From: Treponema sp.
GTDB taxonomy: Bacteria > Spirochaetota > Spirochaetia > Treponematales > Treponemataceae
Assembly (NCBI GenBank): GCA_052173475.1
Contig: JBQMYN010000002.1
Location: forward strand, 9,406-73,405
Reading direction: 5' to 3'
DNA length: 64,000 nt
Made by a program: the position numbers and the translations under genes. Position 1 is the first letter of the stretch. Each line of letters opens with the position of its first letter. Of the stretch, positions 1 to 9,905 are shown one piece after another. Below the pieces are notes generated by a model. It had not been told where the DNA came from. It did not search any database and saw only the letters and a list, made by a program, of their open reading frames with translations.

Positions 1-1558
1 ACAGGCGCGGATTTCGCACAAGAGTGCGTGCAAACGAGATAAGCTGCTTTTGCCCTGTAGAAAGCAATCCTCCGCCTTCCCCTACCTGTGTTTGGTATCC
101 GTCCGGCATCGCGGAAATAAATTCATGGGCATCAACGAGCTTTGCTGCTGCGATAATTTCTTCTTCCGCTGCATCGAGCTTGCCGTAGCGGATATTCTCT
201 TCGATTGTACCCGAAAATAAATGCGGTGATTGCAGTACATAGCCGAGGTTTTCATGTATCCATGTTTCCGGCATTTCGGTGTAGTCGATGCCGTCGATTA
301 AAATACGCCCGCTCTTCGGTTCATAAAATCGGCAAAATAAATTTACGATGGTGGACTTTCCGGCTCCGGTAGAGCCGACGACTGCAAGTGTTTCTCCAGC
401 CTGCACTGTCAAATTAAACTCGCTTAAAACGGGTTCGCTTTCTTTATACCAAAATGATACAGTATCAAATTGTACGGTTCCTTTTATAGGAGGACGGGAT
501 ACCCCCGTCGGATTGAGTGCTGTACCGTATTTTTTAATAACCGATTCGGTGTCCTGTATATCCGGCTTTTCTTCGAGCAGTGCAAAAATACGCTCTGCCG
601 CCGCTTGCGCCGACATCAGCTCTGCAAATACTGAGGTAACTCCTGCAAGCGGAGCATTGAATTGCGTAACATACGAAAGAAACGCAACCAGTAGCCCTAA
701 ACTGACCGCTTGCGAAATAACAGCATTCCCACCGTAAAAAACGATGAGTCCCGTACCTACTGATCCGATAATCTGCACTGAAGGCATTAAAATAGAAGAA
801 AGCATAATGCCGCGTATCGAAGCGGCTTTCATTTCCTGCGTTTTTGATAAAAACTCTTTTGCATTCAATGCTTCGCATACTAACGTCTTTGTCGTCTTTG
901 CACCTTGAATATCCTCGTTATATGCAGCAGTTAGCTGTGCATTTACCGCCCGTACCCGCCGCTGCGCTTTTAATATCTTTGTACGCAAGTAGATGCTCAA
1001 TGCAATAATCAGCGGGAATGTCAGCAATGCAATACCGGCAAGTTTGATGTTGTCGTGAAACATCGTAAAGATAAGCGCGAGAGCCATAAAAAAGCCCCAC
1101 AGCAAATCAGATACGCCCCACGCTATCAGCTCCGATAATTTATTGATATCGGAGGTAATTCTTGACATAAGAGAGCCGACAGAATTAGCATCGTAAAATG
1201 AAAGGGAAAGACTTTGCAAGTGGTTAAAGCAGCGGGTTCGTAAGCGATGACACATCTTTACTTCAACCGTACCGATTGTCATAATATATAAAAAGGTAAC
1301 AGCAAGCGCAAAAACTATGAATATGACAGTAAAAACCGCAACAGGAATAAAATTATCTAAATTTCGCTCTTTTACAAAGACATCGATAACATAGTTCGTT
1401 ATTTTAGGCTGAGCAATTGCACAGATGCCTTCAAGTCCTGAAAAAATAAATCCTGAAATAAAGAGTAATTTAAAAAAGGCGAATTCTTTTAAAATTCGCT
1501 TCCAAATCCCGCCGTTAAACTTTTGGCTGTAATCATTTTCTTGATCATAATGCTCCAT
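1..1558 (-). CDS. ABC transporter fused permease/ATP-binding protein (MsbA/MdlB-like), 3' end runs off the window
   Basis: Not in the ORF track because it is open at the window edge. ATG at 1558 (MEHYDQENDYSQKFNGGIWKRILK), hydrophobic N-half, in-frame Walker A VGSTGAGKST near 379-350 and signature LSTGQKQL near 65-42. Confidence 0.9.
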   Translation of the reverse strand, partial: MEHYDQENDYSQKFNGGIWKRILKEFAFFKLLFISGFIFSGLEGICAIAQPKITNYVIDVFVKERNLDNFIPVAVFTVIFIVFALAVTFLYIMTIGTVEVKMCHRLRTRCFNHLQSLSLSFYDANSVGSLMSRITSDINKLSELIAWGVSDLLWGFFMALALIFTMFHDNIKLAGIALLTFPLIIALSIYLRTKILKAQRRVRAVNAQLTAAYNEDIQGAKTTKTLVCEALNAKEFLSKTQEMKAASIRGIMLSSILMPSVQIIGSVGTGLIVFYGGNAVISQAVSLGLLVAFLSYVTQFNAPLAGVTSVFAELMSAQAAAERIFALLEEKPDIQDTESVIKKYGTALNPTGVSRPPIKGTVQFDTVSFWYKESEPVLSEFNLTVQAGETLAVVGSTGAGKSTIVNLFCRFYEPKSGRILIDGIDYTEMPETWIHENLGYVLQSPHLFSGTIEENIRYGKLDAAEEEIIAAAKLVDAHEFISAMPDGYQTQVGEGGGLLSTGQKQLISFARTLVRNPRL

Positions 1559-1645
1559 AATAATAAACGGAGTATAGCACGAAAATAAAAGGTAATGCCA
1601 GCGTTTATTGTATTTTTCATTTATTTCCGATAAAATAACAGTTCT

Positions 1646-2950
1646 ATGAAAACGCTACGAACTCCTACAGAAACTGCTGAATTATGTGTACAGGCTGCGT
1701 GTATGCAACTGCTGTTTACAGCTCCTATTGCACAATCAGAAAAAAAAATCAAAATCAGGAAGATTATCCTAAAAGGGAAAGAATGTTATCAAATAGAACG
1801 GTTTAACGATAATAAGGCTTTTCATCAAAATATTGATAGTGCCGGTCTTGCACGGGCATTAGCAGAGTTTTTTTCTTGCTACACCTATGCTGAATGTACT
1901 GGAACTCGTGAAAAATTATGGTTTGTCCGGAAAAACTCAGGAAAAATAGCACTTGTAAAACAGGAGACTGTTTCATCAGAATTGAACACAAGCCATGACT
2001 ATGTAAAAAATGTGCGGTTAAACGTAGGAAGCGATACCCTGTTTTTGCAGATACAAGGTATTACAGGCACAGCAGGTAAGGTATTAAAAGAAAAATACCA
2101 TAAATTCAGACAAATCAATAAATTCTTGGAATTTATCGACAGTATTATACCGGTTATTGAACAGCACACAAAACAATCAACTGAACCATTCAGTATAATC
2201 GATTTTGGATGCGGAAAAGCCTATCTCACATTTGCATTATACTATTATTTACATGAACAAAAAAAACTGCCGGTTTCAGTGCATGGGTTAGATTTAAAAG
2301 ATGAAGTCATTACCCAGTGCAGTGATTTAGCACAACACTGCGGCTATGAGCATCTTTCCTTTTCGGCAGGAGATATTGCACAGTATCAGCTGCCGATACA
2401 TACCGGTATGGTACTTTGTTTGCATGCATGTAATACTGCAACCGATTATGCGTTGGCAAATGCGGTACACCGGAAAGTTCCTATTATCTTTGCTGTTCCG
2501 TGCTGCCAGCATGAATTACATAGCCAATTAAAAAAACAAAAAAAATATTTTAAGCAGCAATCTTCCGTCTTTCTACCCTTTTTAGAACATGGGATTATTA
2601 CTGAACGGTTTTCTTCATTATTAACTGATACCTTGCGGGCACTTATCTTGGAATCATGCGGGTATGATGTGCAGATAATAGAGTTTATTGAAACTGAGCA
2701 TACACCGAAAAATCTGCTTATTCGTGCTGTAAAAAGAACTTGTGCAAATTCAGAAGATTCGCGGGATGTCGGTACGGCAGGCGGTGCCGGCTGTGAACAG
2801 AATCAGGGGGAACCCTCAAAAGTTGGTTGTTTTCGAGACATCCCCGATCAGCATCGAATAGCTGCCTACAAAAAATTCCGTAAACTTGCAGATGCCTGTT
2901 CCGTACAGCCGCTTTTGGAATCTTTATTACATGATGAGCTGCCGCTATGA
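1646..2950 (+). CDS. SAM-dependent methyltransferase (Methyltransf_32-like)
   Basis: IIDFGCGKAYLTF SAM-binding motif, LHACNTATD, VPCCQHEL, EHTPKN. Confidence 0.85.
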   Translation: MKTLRTPTETAELCVQAACMQLLFTAPIAQSEKKIKIRKIILKGKECYQIERFNDNKAFHQNIDSAGLARALAEFFSCYTYAECTGTREKLWFVRKNSGKIALVKQETVSSELNTSHDYVKNVRLNVGSDTLFLQIQGITGTAGKVLKEKYHKFRQINKFLEFIDSIIPVIEQHTKQSTEPFSIIDFGCGKAYLTFALYYYLHEQKKLPVSVHGLDLKDEVITQCSDLAQHCGYEHLSFSAGDIAQYQLPIHTGMVLCLHACNTATDYALANAVHRKVPIIFAVPCCQHELHSQLKKQKKYFKQQSSVFLPFLEHGIITERFSSLLTDTLRALILESCGYDVQIIEFIETEHTPKNLLIRAVKRTCANSEDSRDVGTAGGAGCEQNQGEPSKVGCFRDIPDQHRIAAYKKFRKLADACSVQPLLESLLHDELPL

Positions 2951-3071
2951 GCCGGCGGCAGCTCATACGAGCCCTATTCGATACCTTGGTTGCCAATAGG
3001 GCAGCGATTTCAATATCGCTGTTAAAATTAAGTCATTATTGTATAAATACTTGGAAGGGAGAATAAATACA

Positions 3072-4163
3072 GTGCATATTGCAGTTGGATTAAGCGGCGG
3101 CATTGATTCGTGTGTCGCTGCAAAACTCTTACTTGAGCAAGGACATAAGGTTTCAGGAATTACCCTACAGTTGTTAAGCGGAAATGGCAAAACGGATACA
3201 GCACCGATAGAAGCCGCCGCTGCCGCTGCACAGTCGCTTGGAATCCCTCATTATGTGTATGATTTTCGTGAACAGTTTAAATCGGAAGTTATAAGATATT
3301 TTTCAGCCGCCTACCAAAACGGACACACACCGAATCCCTGCTATATTTGTAATAAGCGCATTAAATTCGGTTATTTTTTGGAAAAAGCATTGGAAGATGG
3401 CTATGATGCCATCGCAACAGGGCATTATGCCCGGATTTTCCAAGCAGAAAACCGTTTTTTATTAGCTCAGGCGGTGGATGCAAAAAAAGATCAAAGCTAC
3501 TTTCTTGCCCTGCTCGATCAACACCAGTTAAGCCGCAGTATTTTTCCGCTTGCAGATACTACAAAACCGCAAGTCCGTGTAATTGCAGAATATGCGCATT
3601 TAGCCGCTGCACACAAGGCGGATAGTCAAGACATTTGTTTTGTCCCCGATGGAGATTATGCTGCTTTAGTAGAGAAATATTCACCTGAAGCATTTCCGCC
3701 CGGTAATTTTATTGATGTCAATGGGACTGTCATCGGGACTCATCGGGGGCTGCACCATTATACCATAGGTCAGCGGCGCGGGCTTGCATTGGCATTTGGT
3801 TATCCGGTATATGTGATTGGGAAATCTGCTGCTGATAATACCGTGTGTGTCGGTACGGAAAAATACTTACAGATTGCGGAATGCACTGTAGATGCTGTAA
3901 ACTGGATTGTACAAAAACCAATGCAGCCAATACGTGCATTGGTGAAAACCCGCTATCGGCAGCAGCCTAAGTCTGCTCATATTGTGCCGCTGGGCGAGAG
4001 TAGTGTCCGTATTGTGTTTGACGAACCTGAACGGGCTGTAGCAAGCGGACAAGCCGCCGTGTTTTATCGCCCTGAGCCGCTTGAATCGGAATTTTTTTCG
4101 GGAACTCCTATCCACGGCGTAGTAATTGGTGGCGGCATTATCCAAGATATTAGATCGGTTTGA
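3072..4163 (+). CDS. mnmA: tRNA 2-thiouridine(34) synthase MnmA
   Basis: GLSGGIDS, TPNPCYICNKRIKF, ATGHYA, KDQSYFL, DSQDICF, YTIGQRRGL. GTG start at 3072 chosen after a GGGAG RBS; the ORF track starts at 3039. Confidence 0.95.
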   Translation: MHIAVGLSGGIDSCVAAKLLLEQGHKVSGITLQLLSGNGKTDTAPIEAAAAAAQSLGIPHYVYDFREQFKSEVIRYFSAAYQNGHTPNPCYICNKRIKFGYFLEKALEDGYDAIATGHYARIFQAENRFLLAQAVDAKKDQSYFLALLDQHQLSRSIFPLADTTKPQVRVIAEYAHLAAAHKADSQDICFVPDGDYAALVEKYSPEAFPPGNFIDVNGTVIGTHRGLHHYTIGQRRGLALAFGYPVYVIGKSAADNTVCVGTEKYLQIAECTVDAVNWIVQKPMQPIRALVKTRYRQQPKSAHIVPLGESSVRIVFDEPERAVASGQAAVFYRPEPLESEFFSGTPIHGVVIGGGIIQDIRSV

Positions 4164-4246
4164 TAACTTTGTTGGCAGACCGGTTTAGTGAAATATCTAC
4201 TTACTGATGTATTTCTACCAGCCTAACCGAGTATGGAAAGATGCTC

Positions 4247-5062
4247 TTAGCTGCCGATTGTGTATATCCCATTTTTTTCGGCAACAAAACCCTCTTGTAT
4301 TAAACTTGATAATGCTTTTTCAAATAAATCTTTATCAGCTTCAGCATATAAGAGTAAATCCTCATACCGCTGTGCGCCGGCATCTGTTAAACTCCTGATA
4401 ACGGCTCCGCGGGCTTGCCGTACTGATCCTTCAAACTTTGATTGTTTAGTATAGTGCTTACTTTTTCGGTTAGGATTAACTACTTTCTTTTTTAACTCTG
4501 CACCATAATCCATTAAGGCATAGTACCATAGCCGAGGGTTATCTGTATACAACGAAGATTCTATAAGCGGAAAGATTTCCTTGTCCGGTATTTCCATTCT
4601 GTCCTTAAAAAAGAAGAAAATAAATACTGCCCGGATGTTAGTTTCTATGAATACATGGGGCAGATTATACGAAAAAGTAGAAACGGCTGCTGCCGTATAT
4701 GCGCCTATTCCCGGTAGCGTTTGTAATACAGCCGGTTCTCGCGGTACAATCCCTTGATGTTCGCTGCAAATATGCTGTGCGCACTGGTGTAAAAAACGGG
4801 CGCGGCGGTTATAGCCCAGACCTACCCATTGTTCCAAAACTTCTGCAAGCGATGATGCAGCAAGGCTTTGTACTGTTGGAAACACATCAAGCCAGCGGTT
4901 GTATTTTTCTACTACCCGTTCAGTTTGCGTCTGCTGCAGCATAAATTCAGAAACTAATACAGCATAGGGATCATCGGTTACCCGCCACGGAAATTCTCTC
5001 CCATGCAGATGATAATACTCTAAAATGGTCTGTTGAAATTCAGAATATGAAAGTTTATTCAT
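4247..5062 (-). CDS. mutY: A/G-specific adenine glycosylase (short MutY, HhH-GPD family)
   Basis: FPWRVTDDPYAVLVSEFMLQQTQ, WVGLGYNRRA, LPGIGAYTAAAV. Confidence 0.9.
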   Translation of the reverse strand: MNKLSYSEFQQTILEYYHLHGREFPWRVTDDPYAVLVSEFMLQQTQTERVVEKYNRWLDVFPTVQSLAASSLAEVLEQWVGLGYNRRARFLHQCAQHICSEHQGIVPREPAVLQTLPGIGAYTAAAVSTFSYNLPHVFIETNIRAVFIFFFFKDRMEIPDKEIFPLIESSLYTDNPRLWYYALMDYGAELKKKVVNPNRKSKHYTKQSKFEGSVRQARGAVIRSLTDAGAQRYEDLLLYAEADKDLFEKALSSLIQEGFVAEKNGIYTIGS

Positions 5063-5648
5063 AACGTATCTGGTTTATCAGCTTCCTTTCGAGGAGGGTG
5101 TGTAAAATTTTTTCTACAATAGAATCGGGATTATACTGTTCCGTATCAATACACAAATCAGCAAAGGAATAGTCTTTATTATCTATGTTGTAGAGGTCTC
5201 TATAGCGGCGGGTATCTTCTGCATCCCGCATTTCAGTAAATCTTTTAATTTGCTCGAAAGAGCCGCCCTCTCGCTCAAAAATACGCACAGCCCGCATATG
5301 TGCAGAGGCATATAAATACACTTTGAGATTTGCCTCTTTGAGAAGCCAAATTGCGAGCCGTGATCCGAGTACGCATGACTGCTGCATTGCCATTTCTACC
5401 TGCCTGCCGTCAACAGTCCTATCAAATTGAGGATCAGTTTTTGCTTTTTCAATAATTTCCTGCATGGGAATCCCTATTTCTTTTGCAAGGTTTCTAAATG
5501 TATAGTTGATGCACGGAATATGTAATGTATTTGCAAGTAGCGTCGATACAGTGGTATTACCGCAGCCTGATGCACCGGAAATAGCAATCCGAACGTGTTT
5601 ATTTTCAGCAATGCAGTAATTGGGGTAAAGATTATGTTCCTGCGGCAT
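5055..5648 (-). CDS. cmk: Cytidylate kinase, archaeal/type 2
   Basis: IAISGASGCGNTTVS P-loop variant, VLGSRLAIW, RDAEDTRRYRDLYNID. Confidence 0.8.
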   Translation of the reverse strand: MPQEHNLYPNYCIAENKHVRIAISGASGCGNTTVSTLLANTLHIPCINYTFRNLAKEIGIPMQEIIEKAKTDPQFDRTVDGRQVEMAMQQSCVLGSRLAIWLLKEANLKVYLYASAHMRAVRIFEREGGSFEQIKRFTEMRDAEDTRRYRDLYNIDNKDYSFADLCIDTEQYNPDSIVEKILHTLLERKLINQIRYE

Positions 5649-5710
5649 ATACTGCTTTCTCCTTCGTGTTCAGCCTTGTTAAAAATAATGCAGCACTGAG
5701 CTTATCCAGT

Positions 5711-6577
5711 TTACTCAATATTGCGGGCTTGTTCTCTAATATTTTCAAGTGCGTCTTTCGCATGAATTACTGCGTGTCCGATTTTTGCTAATTGATTTTT
5801 TGAACCGATGGTATTAATTTCCCGATTAATTTCCTGACACAAAAAATCAATTTTCCGTCCGGCGGCATCATGTATGCGCAGTTCTTCTTCGAGTGCGGAA
5901 ATATGGGCTGATGCACGGACGATTTCTTCGTTAATGGTATATTTAACCAGCAAAAGCCCGATCTCCTGCATAATCCGCTGAGGATCTGCTTCTTGACCGG
6001 TAATTTCGCTGTACTTCCGCTGCAAGGACTCTTTAAATAGCTGTTCCATTTCAGCAGCATTTTCTTGAATATCGCCAAGTGCTTGTTTTAAAAGCATGAT
6101 ATTATGAGTAATATCGGCAAGCAATGCGCTGCCCTCTCTTATTCTGCCGGAATCAAATGTATCGAACAATGCGGTAAGTGCAGGCATTAAAGCCTGTTTC
6201 CAGCTTTCTTGATCAAATGTGCGATCAAACTGCAATACTCCCTCTTGTGCAAGAATAAGCGGAAGCGATATGCGTTCTTCCATACCGAGTGTTTCCGCAA
6301 TGGCAGCCATTGACCGATAATAGGATTCGGCAAGCGGAATATTCGGAACAATTACTTGCTCAGCTCCGCCTTTTTTAATTCTAAGGTAAAATTCTACCTT
6401 ACCGCGTACAATGCGGCTGGTACAATACCGGCGAATTGCCGGTTCAAGCTGTCCCATCCACGGCGGCAGTATGATATTTAAATCTAAAAAACGGGAATTA
6501 TAGCTTTTAAGTTCGCAAGATAGCTCAATACCGTGGATGTTGGTGTCTAAATATGCGTATGAAGTCATACTTTTCAT
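5711..6577 (-). CDS. YicC/YloC family endoribonuclease
   Basis: MKSMTSYA, LKSYNSRFLD, GRKIDFLCQEINREINTIGSK, IREQARNIE. Confidence 0.92.
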   Translation of the reverse strand: MKSMTSYAYLDTNIHGIELSCELKSYNSRFLDLNIILPPWMGQLEPAIRRYCTSRIVRGKVEFYLRIKKGGAEQVIVPNIPLAESYYRSMAAIAETLGMEERISLPLILAQEGVLQFDRTFDQESWKQALMPALTALFDTFDSGRIREGSALLADITHNIMLLKQALGDIQENAAEMEQLFKESLQRKYSEITGQEADPQRIMQEIGLLLVKYTINEEIVRASAHISALEEELRIHDAAGRKIDFLCQEINREINTIGSKNQLAKIGHAVIHAKDALENIREQARNIE

Positions 6578-8028
6578 ATTGTACCGGCCTTGTTAGATAG
6601 TTCAGAATATAATGCCTTGCCGAGTTTCCAATTATCCCCTGCCCCCATGGTGATAAATAAATCGCCGCTGCGCAGTTCATTTTTAACAAAGTGTGCTGCA
6701 TCCATAATTTCTTCAAAGTAATAGACACGCTTGTGCTTTTTCTTAGTTTGCTCATACAATGTCTTGCCGTTTAAGCCGCCGCAGTATTTTTCCCGTGCTG
6801 AGCTGTAAATTTTATGCAGAATAATGACATCTGCGTCGGAAAATGCGGAAGAAAATTCATCCAGCAAAGCAGCTGTCCGCGAATACGTATGAGACATAAA
6901 ATCGGCAATAATCCGTTTATTTGGATAGAAGCTGCGCAATCCTTGTAGTGTTGCTTTAATTGCAGTAGGATGATGAGCGTAATCATCCATAAATATAATT
7001 CCATCAGCTTCTCCGATGATTTCACTGCGTCGCTTTGCACCTTTAAAGGAAGAAAGCGCATTGCGGATTGCTGTTAAATCGTTTACGGTAATTTCACCGT
7101 ATTCTTTTTTTAATAAACTTACAGCGAGCGCAATCGCAGCAGTCGCGTTCAGCACAGTATGGTCGCCGGGAATTCCAATGCGAAATTCTCCTGCAAATCC
7201 CCGCAGCGAAAATACGGTTTGCCCATTTTGTACTCCATGTATTTTAATTCCGTAATCTCCTGCAGCTGTCTTACCGTACGGGGTAAAAATGAGATCAGGA
7301 CGGGAAGCAAAAATCAATTGAGCAGCATCACGGGCACCCGCATCGTCAGCACAATACAGTAATTCACTAAATTGAGGAAGACGGTTAATGTATTGAAGAA
7401 AAGCGGCAAGAATATCCTCGTACTGTGGATAATAGTCTTGATGATCACTTTCAATACTGGTTAAAATAATTTTCTGAGGATGAAAGCTTAAAAAATGCCG
7501 CTTGTACTCACAGGTTTCTGCAATAAAATATTTTGAACCGTGAAGCATAGTACAGCTTCCGCCAAAATTTGAAATGCCGCTTCCGGCAAGCACGGAAGCA
7601 TCCAACGGCAGTTCTTGGAGCAGCGTACCGACAATACCTGTTGTTGTCGTTTTGCCGTGTACCCCTGCAATTCCTACCGAATAGCTATATTGAGAAAATG
7701 CCCCTAATGCTTCCGGATAGTTCATTATAGCTAGCTTTCTTTTGAGTGCTTCCGCTAGCTCTTCATTCTCTTCTGGGGCATAAGCAGCTGAATAAATCAC
7801 AAGCTGTATATTGGATGGAATATTAGCGGCAGCAAAAGGACTGCTCACAGGTACACCGATTTTTTTGAGCAATGCGTCAGTATAAAATTCATCGCTGACA
7901 TCACTGCCCGTGATACGGGCTCCTTTTGAAACAAATACCTCTGCTAGGGCGGTCATCCCCGTACCTTTTATTCCAATCATGTGGATATGATAACCCGAAA
8001 GATTTTCCGGTAAACGAACTTGACTCAT
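6574..8028 (-). CDS. murC: UDP-N-acetylmuramate--L-alanine ligase
   Basis: HMIGIKGTGMTALA, GVHGKTTTT, DDYAHHPTAI, TMGAGD. ATG at 8028 preferred over the ORF-track start 8064. Confidence 0.95.
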   Translation of the reverse strand: MSQVRLPENLSGYHIHMIGIKGTGMTALAEVFVSKGARITGSDVSDEFYTDALLKKIGVPVSSPFAAANIPSNIQLVIYSAAYAPEENEELAEALKRKLAIMNYPEALGAFSQYSYSVGIAGVHGKTTTTGIVGTLLQELPLDASVLAGSGISNFGGSCTMLHGSKYFIAETCEYKRHFLSFHPQKIILTSIESDHQDYYPQYEDILAAFLQYINRLPQFSELLYCADDAGARDAAQLIFASRPDLIFTPYGKTAAGDYGIKIHGVQNGQTVFSLRGFAGEFRIGIPGDHTVLNATAAIALAVSLLKKEYGEITVNDLTAIRNALSSFKGAKRRSEIIGEADGIIFMDDYAHHPTAIKATLQGLRSFYPNKRIIADFMSHTYSRTAALLDEFSSAFSDADVIILHKIYSSAREKYCGGLNGKTLYEQTKKKHKRVYYFEEIMDAAHFVKNELRSGDLFITMGAGDNWKLGKALYSELSNKAGTI

Positions 8029-8169
8029 ATCTATTATAATAATGGAAATAAATGATTTGAGCAAGGATAAATTTTCGTACAGGTATGAGAACTGTCCTAT
8101 TTGTTGGACGGGGCGAGGTTCCTAATAGGGGTCTGCGCAATAGCTCCGTTGCCGAACAGATAGGCTATA

Positions 8170-8182
8170 GGGGGGGGGGGGG
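8170..8182 (+). repeat. G13 homopolymer tract about 140 bp upstream of murC
   Basis: 13 consecutive G read directly. Confidence 0.9.
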
Positions 8183-8239
8183 CATGACGGGCTGTCAATA
8201 AGTTACTTACTTTTCGGATTGCCCCTAGTTTGCATAAAA

Positions 8240-8276
8240 AAACCTGCTCCAGGAGTATGCAAGATGGAGCAGGTTT
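8240..8276 (-). terminator. Probable intrinsic terminator
   Basis: 12-bp inverted repeat AAACCTGCTCCA/TGGAGCAGGTTT with an adjacent A-run that gives a U-tract on the minus strand. Confidence 0.55.
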
Positions 8277-8514
8277 AAAAATAGAGTATAAATCATTCAC
8301 ACTTATCAATACTTCTTACGAACGCCTTTACCTTATAGGAACCTCCTTGCAAGACATTAGACCAGTTTAAGGCAGCCTGTTCCGAAACGGAAGTTTCCGA
8401 ACGGGGTCTACTCTCTTGCATGATTATAAGTTAGCATTAGATTACATTTTTGTCAAGTATGTATAGTAATTTTGTCAAATATCTTGCTGAAAACAGGCTC
8501 TTGAGCCTGTTTAG

Positions 8515-8746
8515 ATGAATGGAAGCACTAAGTTTTATAATTGTTTCGTTGAAGTATTCAGATAAGTCAGTTATCTCATCATTTCCATAAACTGGCAGGC
8601 AGACCGTTAAGTCTCCTTCTCCCTGTGCAATGTTTTTCAGAGCATCGACAACACCATTGAGCGGTTTAATCATACGAGCAGCAATAAAAAACGTACAAAC
8701 CAAAAATAATCATCAGCTTGTTCCGCATGGAAAAACGCTTTTTCAT
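8515..8746 (-). pseudogene. Methyl-accepting chemotaxis protein remnant (N-terminus fused out of frame to TM2/HAMP, then truncated)
   Basis: ATG at 8746 gives MKKRFSMRNKLMIIFGL, like [17 protein letters not shown] of the 11003-13096 MCP. A second frame gives MIKPLNGVVDALKNIAQGEGDLTV...[16 protein letters not shown]. 8515-8572 is nearly identical to 12004-12061. Confidence 0.85.
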
Positions 8747-8831
8747 AAAAGTCCATCCCCTTTATCGTTTTACTTATTACGATCGAAGAGATGTTATGAC
8801 TTCTTTAAGCAGTTGCTTATAACAACTGTCT

Positions 8832-8880
8832 GTCTAACTGCCGCTTAACCTGCATTTGTGCCTTTGAAACGGTGTTAGGA
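8832..8880 (-). other. attC-like integron cassette recombination site (short, probably internally deleted)
   Basis: Minus strand TCCTAAC-ACCGT-TTCAA...GGTTAA-GCGGCA-GTTAGAC. The ends match the inverse core (YYYAAC) and core GTTRRRY, with imperfect dyad symmetry, 4 bp after the toxin stop. Confidence 0.65.
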
Positions 8881-8884
8881 CATA

Positions 8885-9157
8885 TTATTTATAAGCATCT
8901 TTTCGTACTTCAATATCGACGATAAATACAATGACTGTATCCTCTGATATTTTATAGAACAGACGATAATCCCCTATTCTAAAACGATATAAGTCTTTGT
9001 AATTACCTTTAAGTTTTTTAATATTTGAGCCAAAATAGGGATTTTTACGTAATATCGGATATACATATTCCGTAATCTTTTTATATAAAGATTTGTATTT
9101 TGCAGATTTTATCTTTTTCTCAAATGTTTCGGTTTCTGCTATTCGATACTTAGTCAA
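8885..9157 (-). CDS. Type II toxin, RelE/ParE family
   Basis: 90 aa, IKKLKGNYKDLYRFRIGDYRLFYKI..DIEVRKDAYK. TTG start overlaps the antitoxin stop. Confidence 0.9.
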   Translation of the reverse strand: MTKYRIAETETFEKKIKSAKYKSLYKKITEYVYPILRKNPYFGSNIKKLKGNYKDLYRFRIGDYRLFYKISEDTVIVFIVDIEVRKDAYK

Positions 9158-9383
9158 TTATTCGATACCTTCCGGCTGAAATATCAGATAAACCTTTTTT
9201 AATATCTTCCTCATATTTGAGTATTTCATTCATTTCGATATCATCGACAATCGTCTCATTCATAGTGTAATTGAGCGTTGCATATTCCAGATAATTTGAG
9301 ATTGTTCTTTTCTGCCCATCAGCAGCCAGTTTGAAAATGTTATATGTATTGTCATCTATGCGAACAGTAATTGTCCTTGCCAT
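9150..9383 (-). CDS. Cognate antitoxin, CopG/RHH-like
   Basis: MARTITVRIDD ribbon-helix-helix-like N-terminus and acidic C-terminus. GCAGGAG RBS before ATG 9383; overlaps the toxin start. Confidence 0.85.
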   Translation of the reverse strand: MARTITVRIDDNTYNIFKLAADGQKRTISNYLEYATLNYTMNETIVDDIEMNEILKYEEDIKKGLSDISAGRYRIID

Positions 9384-9400
9384 TTTATACTCCTGCTTCA

Positions 9401-9429
9401 AATGTATTCATTTATATTCAAAATGTCAA
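9401..9429 (-). promoter_or_regulatory. sigma70-type promoter of the TA pair
   Basis: TTGACA-17 nt-TACATT. A direct repeat TGAATA overlaps the spacer and -10 (possible operator). Confidence 0.7.
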
Positions 9430-9493
9430 TCGGTTGCTTCAGTGTTCTCTTTCTAAGTCTTTCAGTATGCCTTCTCTTGAAATCGTACTTATT

Positions 9494-9859
9494 AGGTCAA
9501 ATTTCGAGTTTTAATAAACCATGAGGATTAAGGAGAAACCATTGTTGAACATCATCAATACGGCGGAAGAGGAAAGTTTTCACATCTGCAATTCTATCAA
9601 AAATGCGTACAAGGTTGAGCATAACGACATCTGCAATAGGCATTCTCCGTTTTGCCCCTCGCTTTCCATAATAAAGGGCTTCATTCTTTTTTCCTGTAGA
9701 AGTTTCAAGAAACCTCTGGATGAAATCGTCTACTATGCAGTATAATGATATAAGACTGTTTTCAGTCATGGTGTAACTCCTTTGTTTTTTTTGTTGCTAC
9801 CAAAATATTAAAGGATTACGCCTTTTTTGTACATTTATCTACAACTCGAAATTTGACCT
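9494..9859 (-). mobile_element. Internally deleted IS982-like insertion sequence with both inverted repeats
   Basis: Perfect 17-bp IR AGGTCAAATTTCGAGTT (9494-9510) / AACTCGAAATTTGACCT (9843-9859). ORF 9497-9769 begins MTENSLISLYCIVDDF, an IS982-like transposase N-terminus, but is only 90 aa. Confidence 0.8.
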
Positions 9860-9905
9860 GATAATTTATAATGGGTAATTACCCATTATTATAGGGGGAG
9901 GCAAG

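Noticed and set aside
5055..5648. cmk P-loop lacks the Walker A lysine (GCGNTT)
   Set aside because: As far as I recall this variant is usual in spirochaete type-2 cytidylate kinases. The ORF is otherwise intact.
8097..8309. 70-aa ORF through the G13 tract
   Set aside because: No RBS or recognisable motif; it crosses a terminator-like hairpin and a repeat fragment.
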